From: Acutalibacteraceae bacterium
GTDB lineage: Bacteria; Bacillota; Clostridia; Oscillospirales; Acutalibacteraceae
Reading direction: 5' to 3'
Length of the DNA stretch: 64,000 nucleotides
NCBI GenBank assembly: GCA_045629785.1
Contig: JAZQRX010000012.1
Location: 22,135-86,134, forward strand
The first letter of the stretch is position 1. Each line of letters opens with the position of its first letter. The notes below the pieces were generated by a model. The model was not told the origin of the DNA, did not search any database, and saw only the letters and a list, made by a program, of their open reading frames with translations. Position numbers and translations under genes: made by a program. This document shows, piece after piece, positions 8,697 to 17,962 of the stretch.

Positions 8697-11126
8697 ATGA
8701 ATCTTCGCGATTATATAAAGGATAATTTAATAATTCTTGACGGTGGTACAGGTACCATTCTTCAGGCAAACGGCCTTAAATCAGGTGAGTTACCCGAAAG
8801 GTGGAATATTACTCACCCTGATGTGATAACTGACCTTCATAAGGCTTATTTTGATGCAGGCAGTAATGTTGTAAATGCCAATACCTTTGGTGCAAATATA
8901 CTCAAGTTCAGTAAAAATGAGCTTGAAGAAATTGTTGCGTCGGCTATGAATAACCTGAAAGCCGCACGTGAAATCAGTTCAGGTACTCAACCAAAATGGA
9001 TTGGCTTTGATATAGGCCCGACAGGTAAAATGCTCAAGCCCTATGGTGAGCTTGATTTTGAAGATGCCGTTAACGTTTTTGCCGAAAGTGTAAAGCTTGG
9101 TGTTAAATATGGGGCAGAGCTTTTCTTTATTGAAACAATGAATGATAGCCTTGAAACAAAGGCGGCACTTCTTGCAGTAAAGGAAAATTCAGATTTACCC
9201 GTTTTTGTTTCAAACGCTTATGGTGAAGACGGTAAGCTTATGACAGGTGCCGACCCATCTGCTATGATTGCCCTTTTAGAGGGTATGGGTGCCGATGCTA
9301 TCGGTGTAAACTGTTCTTTAGGCCCGAAGGCACTTACCCCCATTGTTGAAAAGTACCTTGAGCTTTCATCAACTCCCGTTATACTTAAGCCCAACGCAGG
9401 GCTTCCCAAGGTTGTTGACGGCAAAACAGTATTTGATGTTTTACCCGACGAGTTTTCTGCAGACGTTTATAACCTTGTGCTTAAAGGTGTCAGAGCGGTG
9501 GGTGGCTGCTGTGGTACAACACCCGACTATATTAAAGCGGTAAAATCAAAGGTTGATGGCTTTAATGTTCAACCTATAACAGCTAAAAATATTACTTGTG
9601 TTTCTTCGTATTCACACTGCGTTTCCTTCGGTGATAAGCCTGTTTTAATTGGTGAAAGAATTAACCCCACAGGCAAAAAGAAATTTAAAGAAGCACTTAA
9701 AAATAATGATATTGACTATATTTTAAAAGAGGGTATTGCCCAGCAGGAAAAGGGCGTTCATATCCTTGATGTTAATGTAGGTCTGCCCGAAATTGACGAG
9801 GCTTCAATGCTTACCACCGCAGTATGCGAGTTGCAGGCGGTTACTGATTTACCCTTGCAGATTGATACCTCTGACCCCGTTGCTATGGAAAGTGCTTTGC
9901 GCAGATATAACGGTAAGGCTATGCTTAACTCTGTAAACGGCAAAGAGGAGTCTATGAAAGCGGTTTTCCCCCTTGCAAAAAAGTATGGCGGTCTTATTGT
10001 TGCACTTACCCTTGATGAAAACGGAATCCCCGAAACTGCCGAGGGCAGGGTGGCTATTGCAAACAAAATTCTTGATACCGCAAAAGAATATGGTATAAGC
10101 AAAAAAGATATTATCTTTGACCCCCTTGCACTTACTATTAGTGCTGATAAAAACGCAGGCAAGGAAACACTCAAGGCAGTTAATATAATTAAAAATGAAT
10201 TAGGTTGTCACACCTCACTTGGTGTTTCAAACGTTTCGTTTGGTCTGCCTAACCGTGAAATTATAAACAGTAATTTCTTTACACTTGCCTTGTGGCAAGG
10301 TCTTTCAGGGGCTATAATGAACCCTTATTCTGACGAAATGCTTAAATCTTATTATGCGTATTGCGCTTTGAATGGTCTTGACGATAATTGTGCAGAATAT
10401 GTTTCATTTACCGAAACTCTGCCACAGACAGTAACAACTACACAGGTTGTAACAACATCTACCCAAAAGGAAGAAACTGCAACAGGCCTCAAAAGAGCGG
10501 TTATAAAGGGACTTAAGGAACAGGCGGCAACTTTAACGGATGAGCTTTTAAAGAGCCGAGAGCCCCTTGATATCGTCCGTAATGAGATTATTCCTGCCCT
10601 TGACGAGGTGGGTATAGGCTTTGAGAATAAAACCGTATATCTTCCACAGCTTCTTATGAGTGCCGAGGCGGCAAAAAGTTCATTTGAATGTATAAAAAAA
10701 GCCGTAGGTACAAATAAATCTGCAGATAAATGCAGTTTCGTCATAGCTACAGTAAAAGGTGATATTCACGATATCGGTAAAAATATTGTTAAATTGCTTC
10801 TTGAAAACTACGGCTTTGACGTACACGATTTAGGTAAAGACGTACCGCCTGAAGCGGTTGTTGATAAGGTCTGTGAGCTTAACGCTCCCTTGGTAGGCTT
10901 AAGCGCACTTATGACAACCACAGTACCTGCTATGGAAGAAACCATCAAGCTCCTTCGTGCAAAAGCACCTTGGTGCAAGGTTGTAGTCGGTGGTGCAGTA
11001 CTTACACAAGAGTATGCCGACTCCATCGGCGCAGATAAATATGCAAAAGATGCTATGGAGACGGTAAGATACGCAGAAATGCAAAATGCAGAATGCAGAA
11101 TTAAAGGGCGCAAGCGCGGATTATAA
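8697..11126 (+). CDS. metH: cobalamin-dependent methionine synthase, short form lacking the AdoMet reactivation domain
   Basis: Homocysteine S-methyltransferase domain (GGCCGTTPDYI), a pterin-binding domain, and a B12-binding domain with DIHDIGKNIV and GLSALMTTT. The protein ends right after the B12 domain. Confidence 0.85.
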   Translation: MNLRDYIKDNLIILDGGTGTILQANGLKSGELPERWNITHPDVITDLHKAYFDAGSNVVNANTFGANILKFSKNELEEIVASAMNNLKAAREISSGTQPKWIGFDIGPTGKMLKPYGELDFEDAVNVFAESVKLGVKYGAELFFIETMNDSLETKAALLAVKENSDLPVFVSNAYGEDGKLMTGADPSAMIALLEGMGADAIGVNCSLGPKALTPIVEKYLELSSTPVILKPNAGLPKVVDGKTVFDVLPDEFSADVYNLVLKGVRAVGGCCGTTPDYIKAVKSKVDGFNVQPITAKNITCVSSYSHCVSFGDKPVLIGERINPTGKKKFKEALKNNDIDYILKEGIAQQEKGVHILDVNVGLPEIDEASMLTTAVCELQAVTDLPLQIDTSDPVAMESALRRYNGKAMLNSVNGKEESMKAVFPLAKKYGGLIVALTLDENGIPETAEGRVAIANKILDTAKEYGISKKDIIFDPLALTISADKNAGKETLKAVNIIKNELGCHTSLGVSNVSFGLPNREIINSNFFTLALWQGLSGAIMNPYSDEMLKSYYAYCALNGLDDNCAEYVSFTETLPQTVTTTQVVTTSTQKEETATGLKRAVIKGLKEQAATLTDELLKSREPLDIVRNEIIPALDEVGIGFENKTVYLPQLLMSAEAAKSSFECIKKAVGTNKSADKCSFVIATVKGDIHDIGKNIVKLLLENYGFDVHDLGKDVPPEAVVDKVCELNAPLVGLSALMTTTVPAMEETIKLLRAKAPWCKVVVGGAVLTQEYADSIGADKYAKDAMETVRYAEMQNAECRIKGRKRGL

Positions 11127-11135
11127 TGCTGTCGC
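11092..11135 (+). repeat. left arm of long inverted repeat bounding the metH/GH36 intergenic repeat island
   Basis: AATGCAGAATTAAAGG...GCAA...ATTATAATGCTGTCGC. Its reverse complement recurs at 11891-11934. The arm overlaps the last 11 codons and the stop of metH. Confidence 0.75.
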
Positions 11136-11150
11136 AAAATTTGTAGTTGT

Positions 11151-11215
11151 GCGAAGCCTTACCTCCCTAAGCCTAGGGAGGGGGACCTCGCCTTTGGCGT
11201 GGTGGTGGGTAGTTC
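11151..11215 (+). repeat. two-hairpin repeat unit A, copy 1
   Basis: GCGAAGCCTTACCTCCCTaagccTAGGGAGGGGGACCTCGCCtttGGCGTGGTGGTGGGTAGTTC. A second copy lies at 44840-44906. Confidence 0.8.
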
Positions 11216-11259
11216 TTTTACTGCTTTTCTTCACTTAAATAGAATAATAGATTTGCTGT

Positions 11260-11295
11260 GTGGTCTACCTCTCTGGTTTAAGAGAGGGGGACCAC
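11260..11295 (+). repeat. hairpin repeat unit B, copy 1
   Basis: GTGGTC-TA-CCTCTCT-ggttta-AGAGAGG-GG-GACCAC. Also present inverted at 11627-11664 and 11826-11859. Confidence 0.85.
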
Positions 11296-11365
11296 CTTTT
11301 TGTCAAGTTGTTGCTTAATTTATTTTTCAAGCGTGTGATTACTTTCGTATAAATGGAAAGCTTGT

Positions 11366-11557
11366 CGGGTGGTGGAGAGTTCCCGATGCGGCAGCATCGT
11401 GGAAACGAAGTTTCCATTGGAATTTACTGAATGGATATATCATTTATTTACGAACAATAAATATAATGTTTCATGTTTCATTTTTATAGACATTCAGTAT
11501 ATTACAGTTGAATCTCACGATTCAAAACGCTGGCGCGTTGGAACTCTCCACCGCCCG
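11366..11557. mobile_element. 192-bp MITE-like element with 18-bp terminal inverted repeats and AT-rich centre
   Basis: CGGGTGGTGGAGAGTTCC (11366-11383) matches the reverse complement of GGAACTCTCCACCGCCCG (11540-11557) at 17/18. Each end is followed inward by a short GC hairpin: CGATGC-ggca-GCATCG and AACGC-tggc-GCGTT. Confidence 0.55.
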
Positions 11558-11626
11558 TCGGACTGTATTTTAAACATCTAATATTCACTCGTTTGCTACT
11601 TGATTTGTATAATAAAATAAATGTAA

Positions 11627-11664
11627 GGCGGTCCCCCTCTCTTAAACCAGAGAGGTAGACCGCC
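11627..11664 (-). repeat. hairpin repeat unit B, copy 2 (inverted)
   Basis: GGCGGTCCCCCTCTCTTAAACCAGAGAGGTAGACCGCC. The outer stem differs from copy 1 by a compensatory pair: GCGGTC/GACCGC versus GTGGTC/GACCAC. Confidence 0.85.
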
Positions 11665-11825
11665 AATATGTTTTTTATCGCTTGAAAGCTTGTTGTATAG
11701 GCAAGTAACGTTAAGCCCTCTTGTGGTACCCAAAATTGTTTGCTCGTTGTTCACTTCGCACAATTTTGACCACTGCGCCAACTCACACTCCCTGTATCGC
11801 CCACAGGGCGCGGTCGTGTTCCTTG

Positions 11826-11859
11826 CCCCCCTCTCTTAAACCAGAGAGGTAGACCACAC
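11826..11859 (-). repeat. hairpin repeat unit B, copy 3 (inverted, one outer half-stem lost)
   Basis: CCCCCCTCTCTTAAACCAGAGAGGTAGACCACAC. Confidence 0.8.
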
Positions 11860-11890
11860 AGTAAGTTTTTGTTCTGTTTTAGTTGAATTT

Positions 11891-11934
11891 AGCGATAGCA
11901 TCATAATGCGTTGCAGATCCTTTAATTCTGCATT
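11891..11934 (-). repeat. right arm of long inverted repeat bounding the repeat island
   Basis: The reverse complement reads AATGCAGAATTAAAGGATCTGCAACGCATTATGATGCTATCGC and ends 1 nt before the GH36-like stop codon. Confidence 0.75.
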
Positions 11935-11935
11935 T

Positions 11936-14056
11936 TTATTCCGCTTCGTACAACACCAACTCCGACTCCATAGCCGAGCCTAAATAAACCTCTATACCTT
12001 TGCTTAACTCAAAGCCTGACACAGTAAATGTACAACCCTCATTATCGAGTGTAACGCTATAATTCTTGCTTCGGTCAATTCCTTTAGGCTTAACAACAAT
12101 GCTTTGTTCGCTTGTATTACACATAGTAAATACTGTTATAGCACCCTTTGATTTATCGGGTGCACCGATTTCTAGCACACAAACTTCCGCATCATATAAT
12201 TCGGGGGTGTGGTGGTAAATTACAGAGTCACTTAAGAATGTTCTTATGAAATTCTTGTAAATATCAGTGCTGTGCTTTACAAAAGCCATAGCCTCACCAT
12301 TTACTTCAGCACCCTCGGGTGAAATAACGTTGAGTGAGATGTGACCCAACATAGTATTCCTAAGGTGTGCTTTGAATGAGCCTATTGTGTGGCAACCCAT
12401 ACCTGCAAAAAGTCTGTCAACTCTTTCAGGGGGTAAAGCCATTGTCATTCCGTTGGTGATTGCAACAGAGTATGGCATTTTCTGATTATCTGAAACCCAG
12501 GTGTGGTTGAAATTCTTCATCATACCAAGGTCAGTTCTGCCACCGCCACCTGCACAGTTTTCAAATATAACGTGAGGGTACTTCTCTTTAAGTCGGTTAT
12601 ACATATCGTAAACCGCCTTGTTGTGCCTTAATGTCACACATTCCTTTATACCACAGCCTGTGTCACGCATACTGAAATACTCGGTGTAATCCACGTTATA
12701 GTCGACCCTCAAAAGATCTAATTCATATTCCTCAATAACCCTTGAAAGCTCGTTTTCTGCCCATTCGTTTACTTCAGGGATTGACATATCGATAAGTCTC
12801 GGATTCTTTGTGCCGAAAACGTTGTCAGACCTGAAATCAGGCCTTTCGTCAAATAAAGGACACAGCCTTCCTATGTTTTCTATATCCATCCACAAGCCGA
12901 ATTTAAGCCCCTTTTCGTGGGCGTAATCGCGTATTTCCTTGATGCCATTGGGGTATCGGTTTTCATCGGGGGTATTCAAGCCGTTATAATCACCCCAGCT
13001 TGTTTCTTCGTGGGGTGGGCAAACCCAACCTGCATCCACAATAAATACCTCGCCACCCATTTCTGCAAACTGGTCAATAAATGCTTTGCTTCCGATGATG
13101 TCCATATTGTGCTCTGCACCCATACCGCAACCAATAAGGGCAGGGGTGGGGTCTGCAAATTTATTGTTGAGTACACTTTTTCTTGTGTGGTAGTGCATTT
13201 CATTTATTGCACAATCAAGGTCACCGTGCACCATACCTATATGTACTTCGGGTGTGGTGAATTCTTCAAATGGTTTTAACACAAGAATAGGTGAGTGCCC
13301 TGTGATTTCTGCCTTGAATGAAAGGTGAGTTTCATCTTTAAAAGGTTTGGCGTTGTAGTCAATTGAAAAGCGGTAACCACCGCTGTAGCCAATCTGACAA
13401 AACCATATATGCCCCAAAACGTTGTTTTTTAAAAATACAATAGGGTGACGGAATCTGTCGCGCAAGAATCTGCCGTCAATGGCGGTTGTGTCGGGGTTAA
13501 GGCTTCTCCAACGGAATTGACCTTCACGACCCCATGAGTCATCGTCAAAATAACCTAAGGAGTAAAGGGCAGATTTATCGCTTGCGCCTTTAAGGTGGTC
13601 TGTATCCATATCCTCAAAGCCACCGCTTATGAGTGCAAGTTTGTTTACACATAAGGGCTTATCTGAAAGGTTCTTTATTTCAAGCCAACGGCTGAACATC
13701 TGTGAGCCGTCAAGGAGTGTGCACACAGTAATTTCAACGGGCTTTATATTGCTTTTCAGCGTAAGTCTGCAAAGCGAAGCGTTATCTGTTTCTTCCTTTT
13801 CAAATGAAACAAAATCAAGGTCATAGCTTACACTTTGCCCATCAATTTCAAGATTAAACGCAAAAGGCTCCGTATAACGCCTTGTGTCAAGCCTTGATGG
13901 GAAGTTTGTAAGCACGTCGAGTGGGTAACCCGAAGCATTCCAGCCACAAGGCATAAGAGCGCCTTTGTCAAAGCGCTCTTCATAAACTAAATCTTTACTT
14001 CTGTAACAAAATGTTTTTTTGCGTTCATTATAATATATATCAAAAAAACTGTTCAT
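11936..14056 (-). CDS. glycoside hydrolase, GH36-like (alpha-galactosidase family), no signal peptide
   Basis: Motifs FIVDAGW, GLWMDIENIG, LLRVDYNVDY and ENCAGGGGRTD resemble GH36 catalytic-domain blocks. Start placed at MNSFFDIYY (ATG 14056, GAGG RBS) because the longer ORF would overlap lepA by over 200 nt. Confidence 0.65.
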   Translation of the reverse strand: MNSFFDIYYNERKKTFCYRSKDLVYEERFDKGALMPCGWNASGYPLDVLTNFPSRLDTRRYTEPFAFNLEIDGQSVSYDLDFVSFEKEETDNASLCRLTLKSNIKPVEITVCTLLDGSQMFSRWLEIKNLSDKPLCVNKLALISGGFEDMDTDHLKGASDKSALYSLGYFDDDSWGREGQFRWRSLNPDTTAIDGRFLRDRFRHPIVFLKNNVLGHIWFCQIGYSGGYRFSIDYNAKPFKDETHLSFKAEITGHSPILVLKPFEEFTTPEVHIGMVHGDLDCAINEMHYHTRKSVLNNKFADPTPALIGCGMGAEHNMDIIGSKAFIDQFAEMGGEVFIVDAGWVCPPHEETSWGDYNGLNTPDENRYPNGIKEIRDYAHEKGLKFGLWMDIENIGRLCPLFDERPDFRSDNVFGTKNPRLIDMSIPEVNEWAENELSRVIEEYELDLLRVDYNVDYTEYFSMRDTGCGIKECVTLRHNKAVYDMYNRLKEKYPHVIFENCAGGGGRTDLGMMKNFNHTWVSDNQKMPYSVAITNGMTMALPPERVDRLFAGMGCHTIGSFKAHLRNTMLGHISLNVISPEGAEVNGEAMAFVKHSTDIYKNFIRTFLSDSVIYHHTPELYDAEVCVLEIGAPDKSKGAITVFTMCNTSEQSIVVKPKGIDRSKNYSVTLDNEGCTFTVSGFELSKGIEVYLGSAMESELVLYEAE

Positions 14057-14060
14057 ATTA

Positions 14061-15875
14061 TCAATCCTCATCAAGCTTGAGTATTGCCATAAATGCCTCC
14101 TGCGGAACCTCAACAGTACCGAATGAGCGCATTCTCTTTTTACCTTCTTTTTGTTTTTCAAGAAGCTTCTTTTTACGTGTGATGTCACCGCCGTAGCACT
14201 TTGCAAGAACGTCCTTACGCATAGCCTTAACGGTCTCACGGGCAATAACCTTGCCACCGATTGCAATCTGAATGGGTATTTCAAACATCTGTCTTGGAAT
14301 GTTATCCTTCAGCTTTTCTGCAATTTTACGTGCTCTGCCGTAAGCCTTGTCAGCGTGTACAATAAATGAAAGTGCGTCAACAACGTCACCGTTAAGAAGT
14401 ACGTCAAGCTTAACAAGGTTAGAGCGCACGTAATCAGATACCTCGTAATCAAGTGAAGCATATCCTCTTGTGCGTGACTTAAGTGCATCAAAGAAGTCGT
14501 AGATGATTTCATTAAGGGGTAAATCATACTTGATTTCTACACGATCACCTGAGATGTAGTCCATATTCTTGAACACACCACGTCTTTCCTGGCAAAGGTC
14601 CATAACTGCACCTACGTATTCTGTGGGGGCGTAAATGTGTGCATCTGCAATAGGCTCCTCGCAGAAGTCAATTTCTGCAGGGTCGGGGTAGTGTGTGGGG
14701 TTGTCAATTTCAACAACCTCGCCGTTTGTAAGGTGGATTTTATAAATAACGCTTGGTACAGTTGTAACAAGGTCAAGGTCATATTCTCTTTCAAGTCTTT
14801 CCTGAATAATTTCAAGGTGTAAAAGACCAAGGAATCCACAACGGAAGCCAAAGCCCAAAGCACCTGACGTTTCGGGCTCGTATGAAAGTGCGGCATCATT
14901 TAACTGTAATTTTTCGAGTGCCTCGTGAAGGTTTTCGTAATCAGCACCATCTGCAGGGTAAATACCACAGTAAACCATAGGTGTAGCCTTGTGGTATCCG
15001 GGCAGAGGCTCGCTTGCAGGTCTGTCGGCAAGGGTTACAGTATCACCAACAACTGCATCACGTACAGTTTTAATGGAGCCTGTAAGGTAACCAACCTCAC
15101 CCGCACAAAGCTTGCTTGTGGGGTTAAGTCCGGTTGCCTTCATTGTACCCACCTCAACAACATTGAACTCGGCACCGGTAGCCATCATTTTCATTGTATC
15201 ACCGGGCTTTATTGTGCCATCAACTATACGTGTGTAAACAATAACGCCTTTGTAGTTATCATAAACAGAGTCAAAAATAAGTGCTCTTAAGGGGGCGTCA
15301 TCGTCACCCTCGGGTGGGGGAACAAGCTCAACTATCTGCTCTAATACCTGCTCAACATTCTGACCTGTTTTTGCGGATACGCGTGGTGCTGTATCGCAAG
15401 GCAAACCGATAATATCCTCAACGTCAGCTGAAACTCTGTCGGGGTCAGCGGAGGGAAGGTCAATTTTATTGATTACAGGCACAAGTTCAAGGTTGTGGTC
15501 GAGTGCAAGGTATGTGTTAGCAAGTGTCTGCGCCTCAATACCCTGTGAAGCGTCAATGATAAGTATTGCGCCCTCACAAGCCGCAAGTGAACGAGAAACC
15601 TCATAGTTAAAGTCAACGTGACCGGGGGTGTCAATGAGGTTGAGCTGGTATTTTTCACCATTGTTTGCCAGGTAGTCAAGCTTAACTGCGTGCGCTTTAA
15701 TGGTGATGCCACGCTCTCTTTCCAAATCCATATCGTCAAGAATCTGTGACTCCATATCACGCTGTGAAACAGAATTTGTAATTTCAAGGAGTCGGTCGGC
15801 AAGTGTCGATTTGCCATGGTCAATATGAGCGATAATAGAAAAATTTCGTATATGCTCTTTCTTTACAAGGGACAT
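14061..15875 (-). CDS. lepA: translation elongation factor 4
   Basis: 604 aa starting [22 protein letters not shown], with DTPGHVDF and the LepA C-terminal domain. Confidence 0.95.
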   Translation of the reverse strand: MSLVKKEHIRNFSIIAHIDHGKSTLADRLLEITNSVSQRDMESQILDDMDLERERGITIKAHAVKLDYLANNGEKYQLNLIDTPGHVDFNYEVSRSLAACEGAILIIDASQGIEAQTLANTYLALDHNLELVPVINKIDLPSADPDRVSADVEDIIGLPCDTAPRVSAKTGQNVEQVLEQIVELVPPPEGDDDAPLRALIFDSVYDNYKGVIVYTRIVDGTIKPGDTMKMMATGAEFNVVEVGTMKATGLNPTSKLCAGEVGYLTGSIKTVRDAVVGDTVTLADRPASEPLPGYHKATPMVYCGIYPADGADYENLHEALEKLQLNDAALSYEPETSGALGFGFRCGFLGLLHLEIIQERLEREYDLDLVTTVPSVIYKIHLTNGEVVEIDNPTHYPDPAEIDFCEEPIADAHIYAPTEYVGAVMDLCQERRGVFKNMDYISGDRVEIKYDLPLNEIIYDFFDALKSRTRGYASLDYEVSDYVRSNLVKLDVLLNGDVVDALSFIVHADKAYGRARKIAEKLKDNIPRQMFEIPIQIAIGGKVIARETVKAMRKDVLAKCYGGDITRKKKLLEKQKEGKKRMRSFGTVEVPQEAFMAILKLDED

Positions 15876-15908
15876 TTTTAATGTTTCCTTTCCAAATATC
15901 TCTTATTT

Positions 15909-16352
15909 TTAAGTATTAAATTCAGTAAAAGTCTTTAGGGTGCTTATACTGAAAAGCTCTTTGAGTCTGTCGGTCTGACCACACAGATATAAGTAACCGC
16001 ACAAGGCTTCAAAGCCTGTTGCATAGCGGTAATCTGCCTCACTCTGATTTTTAGGTGAGTGGGCACTATGAGCATTTCTGCCACGCTTGAAAACAGCGGT
16101 TTCATCTTCTGTCAGGTGGGGGAGTAGCTCGCGTATCATTTCTGCCTGAAATGCCGCGTTTACGAGCTTTATTGATTCCTTGTGGAGCTTACCTGTAGGC
16201 TTGTTTGCCTGTTTTGTAAGCATGTCACGTACCATAAGGCTGTAAACCGCATCACCTAAAAAAGCAAGTGTCAATGGGCTGTACATACGTGCCTGTGGCT
16301 CACTTAAGGGTGTGCATATATTATTTAACAAATTCATTTCGTTAAGGCACAT
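15909..16352 (-). CDS. mrnC: mini-ribonuclease 3 (Mini-III)
   Basis: LAFLGDAVYSLMVR and GFEALCGYLYL motifs. ATG 16352 has a GGAG 7 nt upstream and overlaps the obg stop. Confidence 0.8.
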   Translation of the reverse strand: MCLNEMNLLNNICTPLSEPQARMYSPLTLAFLGDAVYSLMVRDMLTKQANKPTGKLHKESIKLVNAAFQAEMIRELLPHLTEDETAVFKRGRNAHSAHSPKNQSEADYRYATGFEALCGYLYLCGQTDRLKELFSISTLKTFTEFNT

Positions 16353-17613
16353 AGTCAAACTCCAAATCATAAATGCTTACTGTGTCACCTTCGGTAATGC
16401 CGTGGTCAATAAGTGACTTTATAATACCGCTTGTCTGTAACACATTCTGGAAATACTGAAGTGATGAGTAGTCATTGAGGTCGGTTTTCATAAGTATTTT
16501 ACCGAGCCATTCCGCTTCAACAATGAACACGTCATCTTCAACACGAATTTTATAATCCTGCTTTGCATTTTTGAATATCTCTTTTGGTGTGATTTCCTGT
16601 TTTTCGTAAATTTTAACAGGGGGGAGCTTCTGTAATTCACGTGCAACCGCATTTATAAGCTCTTGTGTACCTTCTGCAATAGGTGCAATAATCTCGTAAT
16701 ATTCAAGACCTTTGTCGCATATATAGTTTTTGAAAGCTTCTCTCTGCTCGTCTGTTGCAAGGTCGATCTTGTTACCTGCAACAATCTGCGGATATTGGCT
16801 AAGCTCTTCGTTATATTTGAAAAGCTCACTGTTGATTGCTTCAAAGTCTTCGATAGGGTCTCTGCCCTCGCTGCCTGCAACGTCAACAACGTGTACAAGA
16901 AGTCGGCAACGCTCAATGTGACGGAGGAATTCGTGACCAAGACCAACACCATCACTTGCACCCTCAATAATACCGGGAATATCAGCCATAACAAAGCTGC
17001 TTTCGGGACCCATTCTTACAACACCGGGTACAGGGATAAGGGTAGTGAAATGATAGTCGGCAATAATGGGCTTTGCTTCGCTTACAACTGAAATAAGTGT
17101 AGATTTACCAACATTAGGGAAGCCAATCAGACCAACGTCTGCAAGTAGCTTTAATTCAAGTGTTACCTCCCAATCCTCACCGGGCGCACCATCTTTTGCA
17201 AAACGGGGAACTTGCCTTGTTGCTGTTTTAAAGTGAGAGTTACCCCAGCCACCCTTGCCGCCTTTTGCAGCAATAAAGCTTTCTTCGACGCTCATATCAG
17301 CCATAACAAAGCCTGTTTCAACCTCTTTGATAACAGTTCCGCGTGGCACCTTGATAATAAGGTCTTCGCCTTTTTTACCATTACAGTTAGAGCCTCTGCC
17401 GTTATCACCGTTAGATGCCTTGTATTTTCTTTTATAACGGAAATCCGCAAGGGTAGAGATGTTGTCATCTACAACAAATACAACGTTACCGCCTCTACCG
17501 CCATCACCGCCGTCAGGGCCACCTGCGGCTACGTATTTCTCTCTGTGAAAGGCAACGGCACCATTACCGCCGTTACCTGCAATTATTCGTATTTTTGCTT
17601 TATCAACAAACAT
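16342..17613 (-). CDS. obg: GTPase Obg/CgtA
   Basis: MFVDKAKIRIIAGNGGNGAVAFHREKY, a glycine-rich Obg fold, G1 motif GFPNVGKST, and a C-terminal TGS-like OCT domain. Confidence 0.95.
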   Translation of the reverse strand: MFVDKAKIRIIAGNGGNGAVAFHREKYVAAGGPDGGDGGRGGNVVFVVDDNISTLADFRYKRKYKASNGDNGRGSNCNGKKGEDLIIKVPRGTVIKEVETGFVMADMSVEESFIAAKGGKGGWGNSHFKTATRQVPRFAKDGAPGEDWEVTLELKLLADVGLIGFPNVGKSTLISVVSEAKPIIADYHFTTLIPVPGVVRMGPESSFVMADIPGIIEGASDGVGLGHEFLRHIERCRLLVHVVDVAGSEGRDPIEDFEAINSELFKYNEELSQYPQIVAGNKIDLATDEQREAFKNYICDKGLEYYEIIAPIAEGTQELINAVARELQKLPPVKIYEKQEITPKEIFKNAKQDYKIRVEDDVFIVEAEWLGKILMKTDLNDYSSLQYFQNVLQTSGIIKSLIDHGITEGDTVSIYDLEFDYVP

Positions 17614-17889
17614 TTTTATCTGACCTCGTGTTTTAATTTTTGCATACTTACGCATTATTTATCGTATTATACTATATTATTATAAAAAATTAAATACTTA
17701 TTTTTAATTTTCTTAATAACTTTTTGTTCTTTTTTTGCAGAAGATATGTTCGTTTTTGTGCTATTTTTTATAACTTTATAAAATTCTTTTGTTCGATAAA
17801 AAACACCCCAAAAAAGTCTGAAACCCCTGAAATAAGGCACAAAGACCCTAAAATGGTACTACAAAACAGAATAAATTAGAACATTTGTG

Positions 17890-17917
17890 TTGACTTTTGT
17901 CGAAGGTGTGGTATAAT
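17890..17917 (+). promoter_or_regulatory. sigma-A-type promoter bracketed by a 10-bp inverted repeat
   Basis: TTGACT (17890-17895), 16-nt spacer, TGgTATAAT (-10 at 17912-17917). GAACATTTGT at 17879-17888 and its reverse complement at 17930-17939 flank it. Confidence 0.5.
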
Positions 17918-17962
17918 AAAATCACAAAAACAAATGTTCGCTATGTGTTCGGAGGTATAAAT

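Noticed and set aside
11369-11781. ORFs 11369-11581 (+, 70 aa) and 11596-11781 (-, 61 aa) in the metH/GH36 gap
   Set aside because: They run straight through inverted repeats and hairpin modules, have no RBS and have odd composition. I treat them as chance ORFs in repeat DNA.
11260-11859. CRISPR array interpretation of the repeated 36-nt hairpins
   Set aside because: There are only three copies, in opposite orientations with irregular spacing (about 330 and 160 nt). One copy is truncated, and there are no cas genes in the window.
14057-14284. N-terminal 75-aa extension of the 782-aa minus-strand ORF (11936-14284)
   Set aside because: It overlaps the 3' end of lepA by more than 200 nt in another frame and has no homology-like features. 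An internal ATG at 14056 with a GAGG RBS gives a normal GH36-like N-terminus.
17879-17939. LexA (Cheo box) operator at the GAACATTTGT inverted repeat
   Set aside because: The Cheo box is GAAC-N4-GTTC within one 14-bp site. Here the two halves are 41 bp apart, and no single site fits the consensus.
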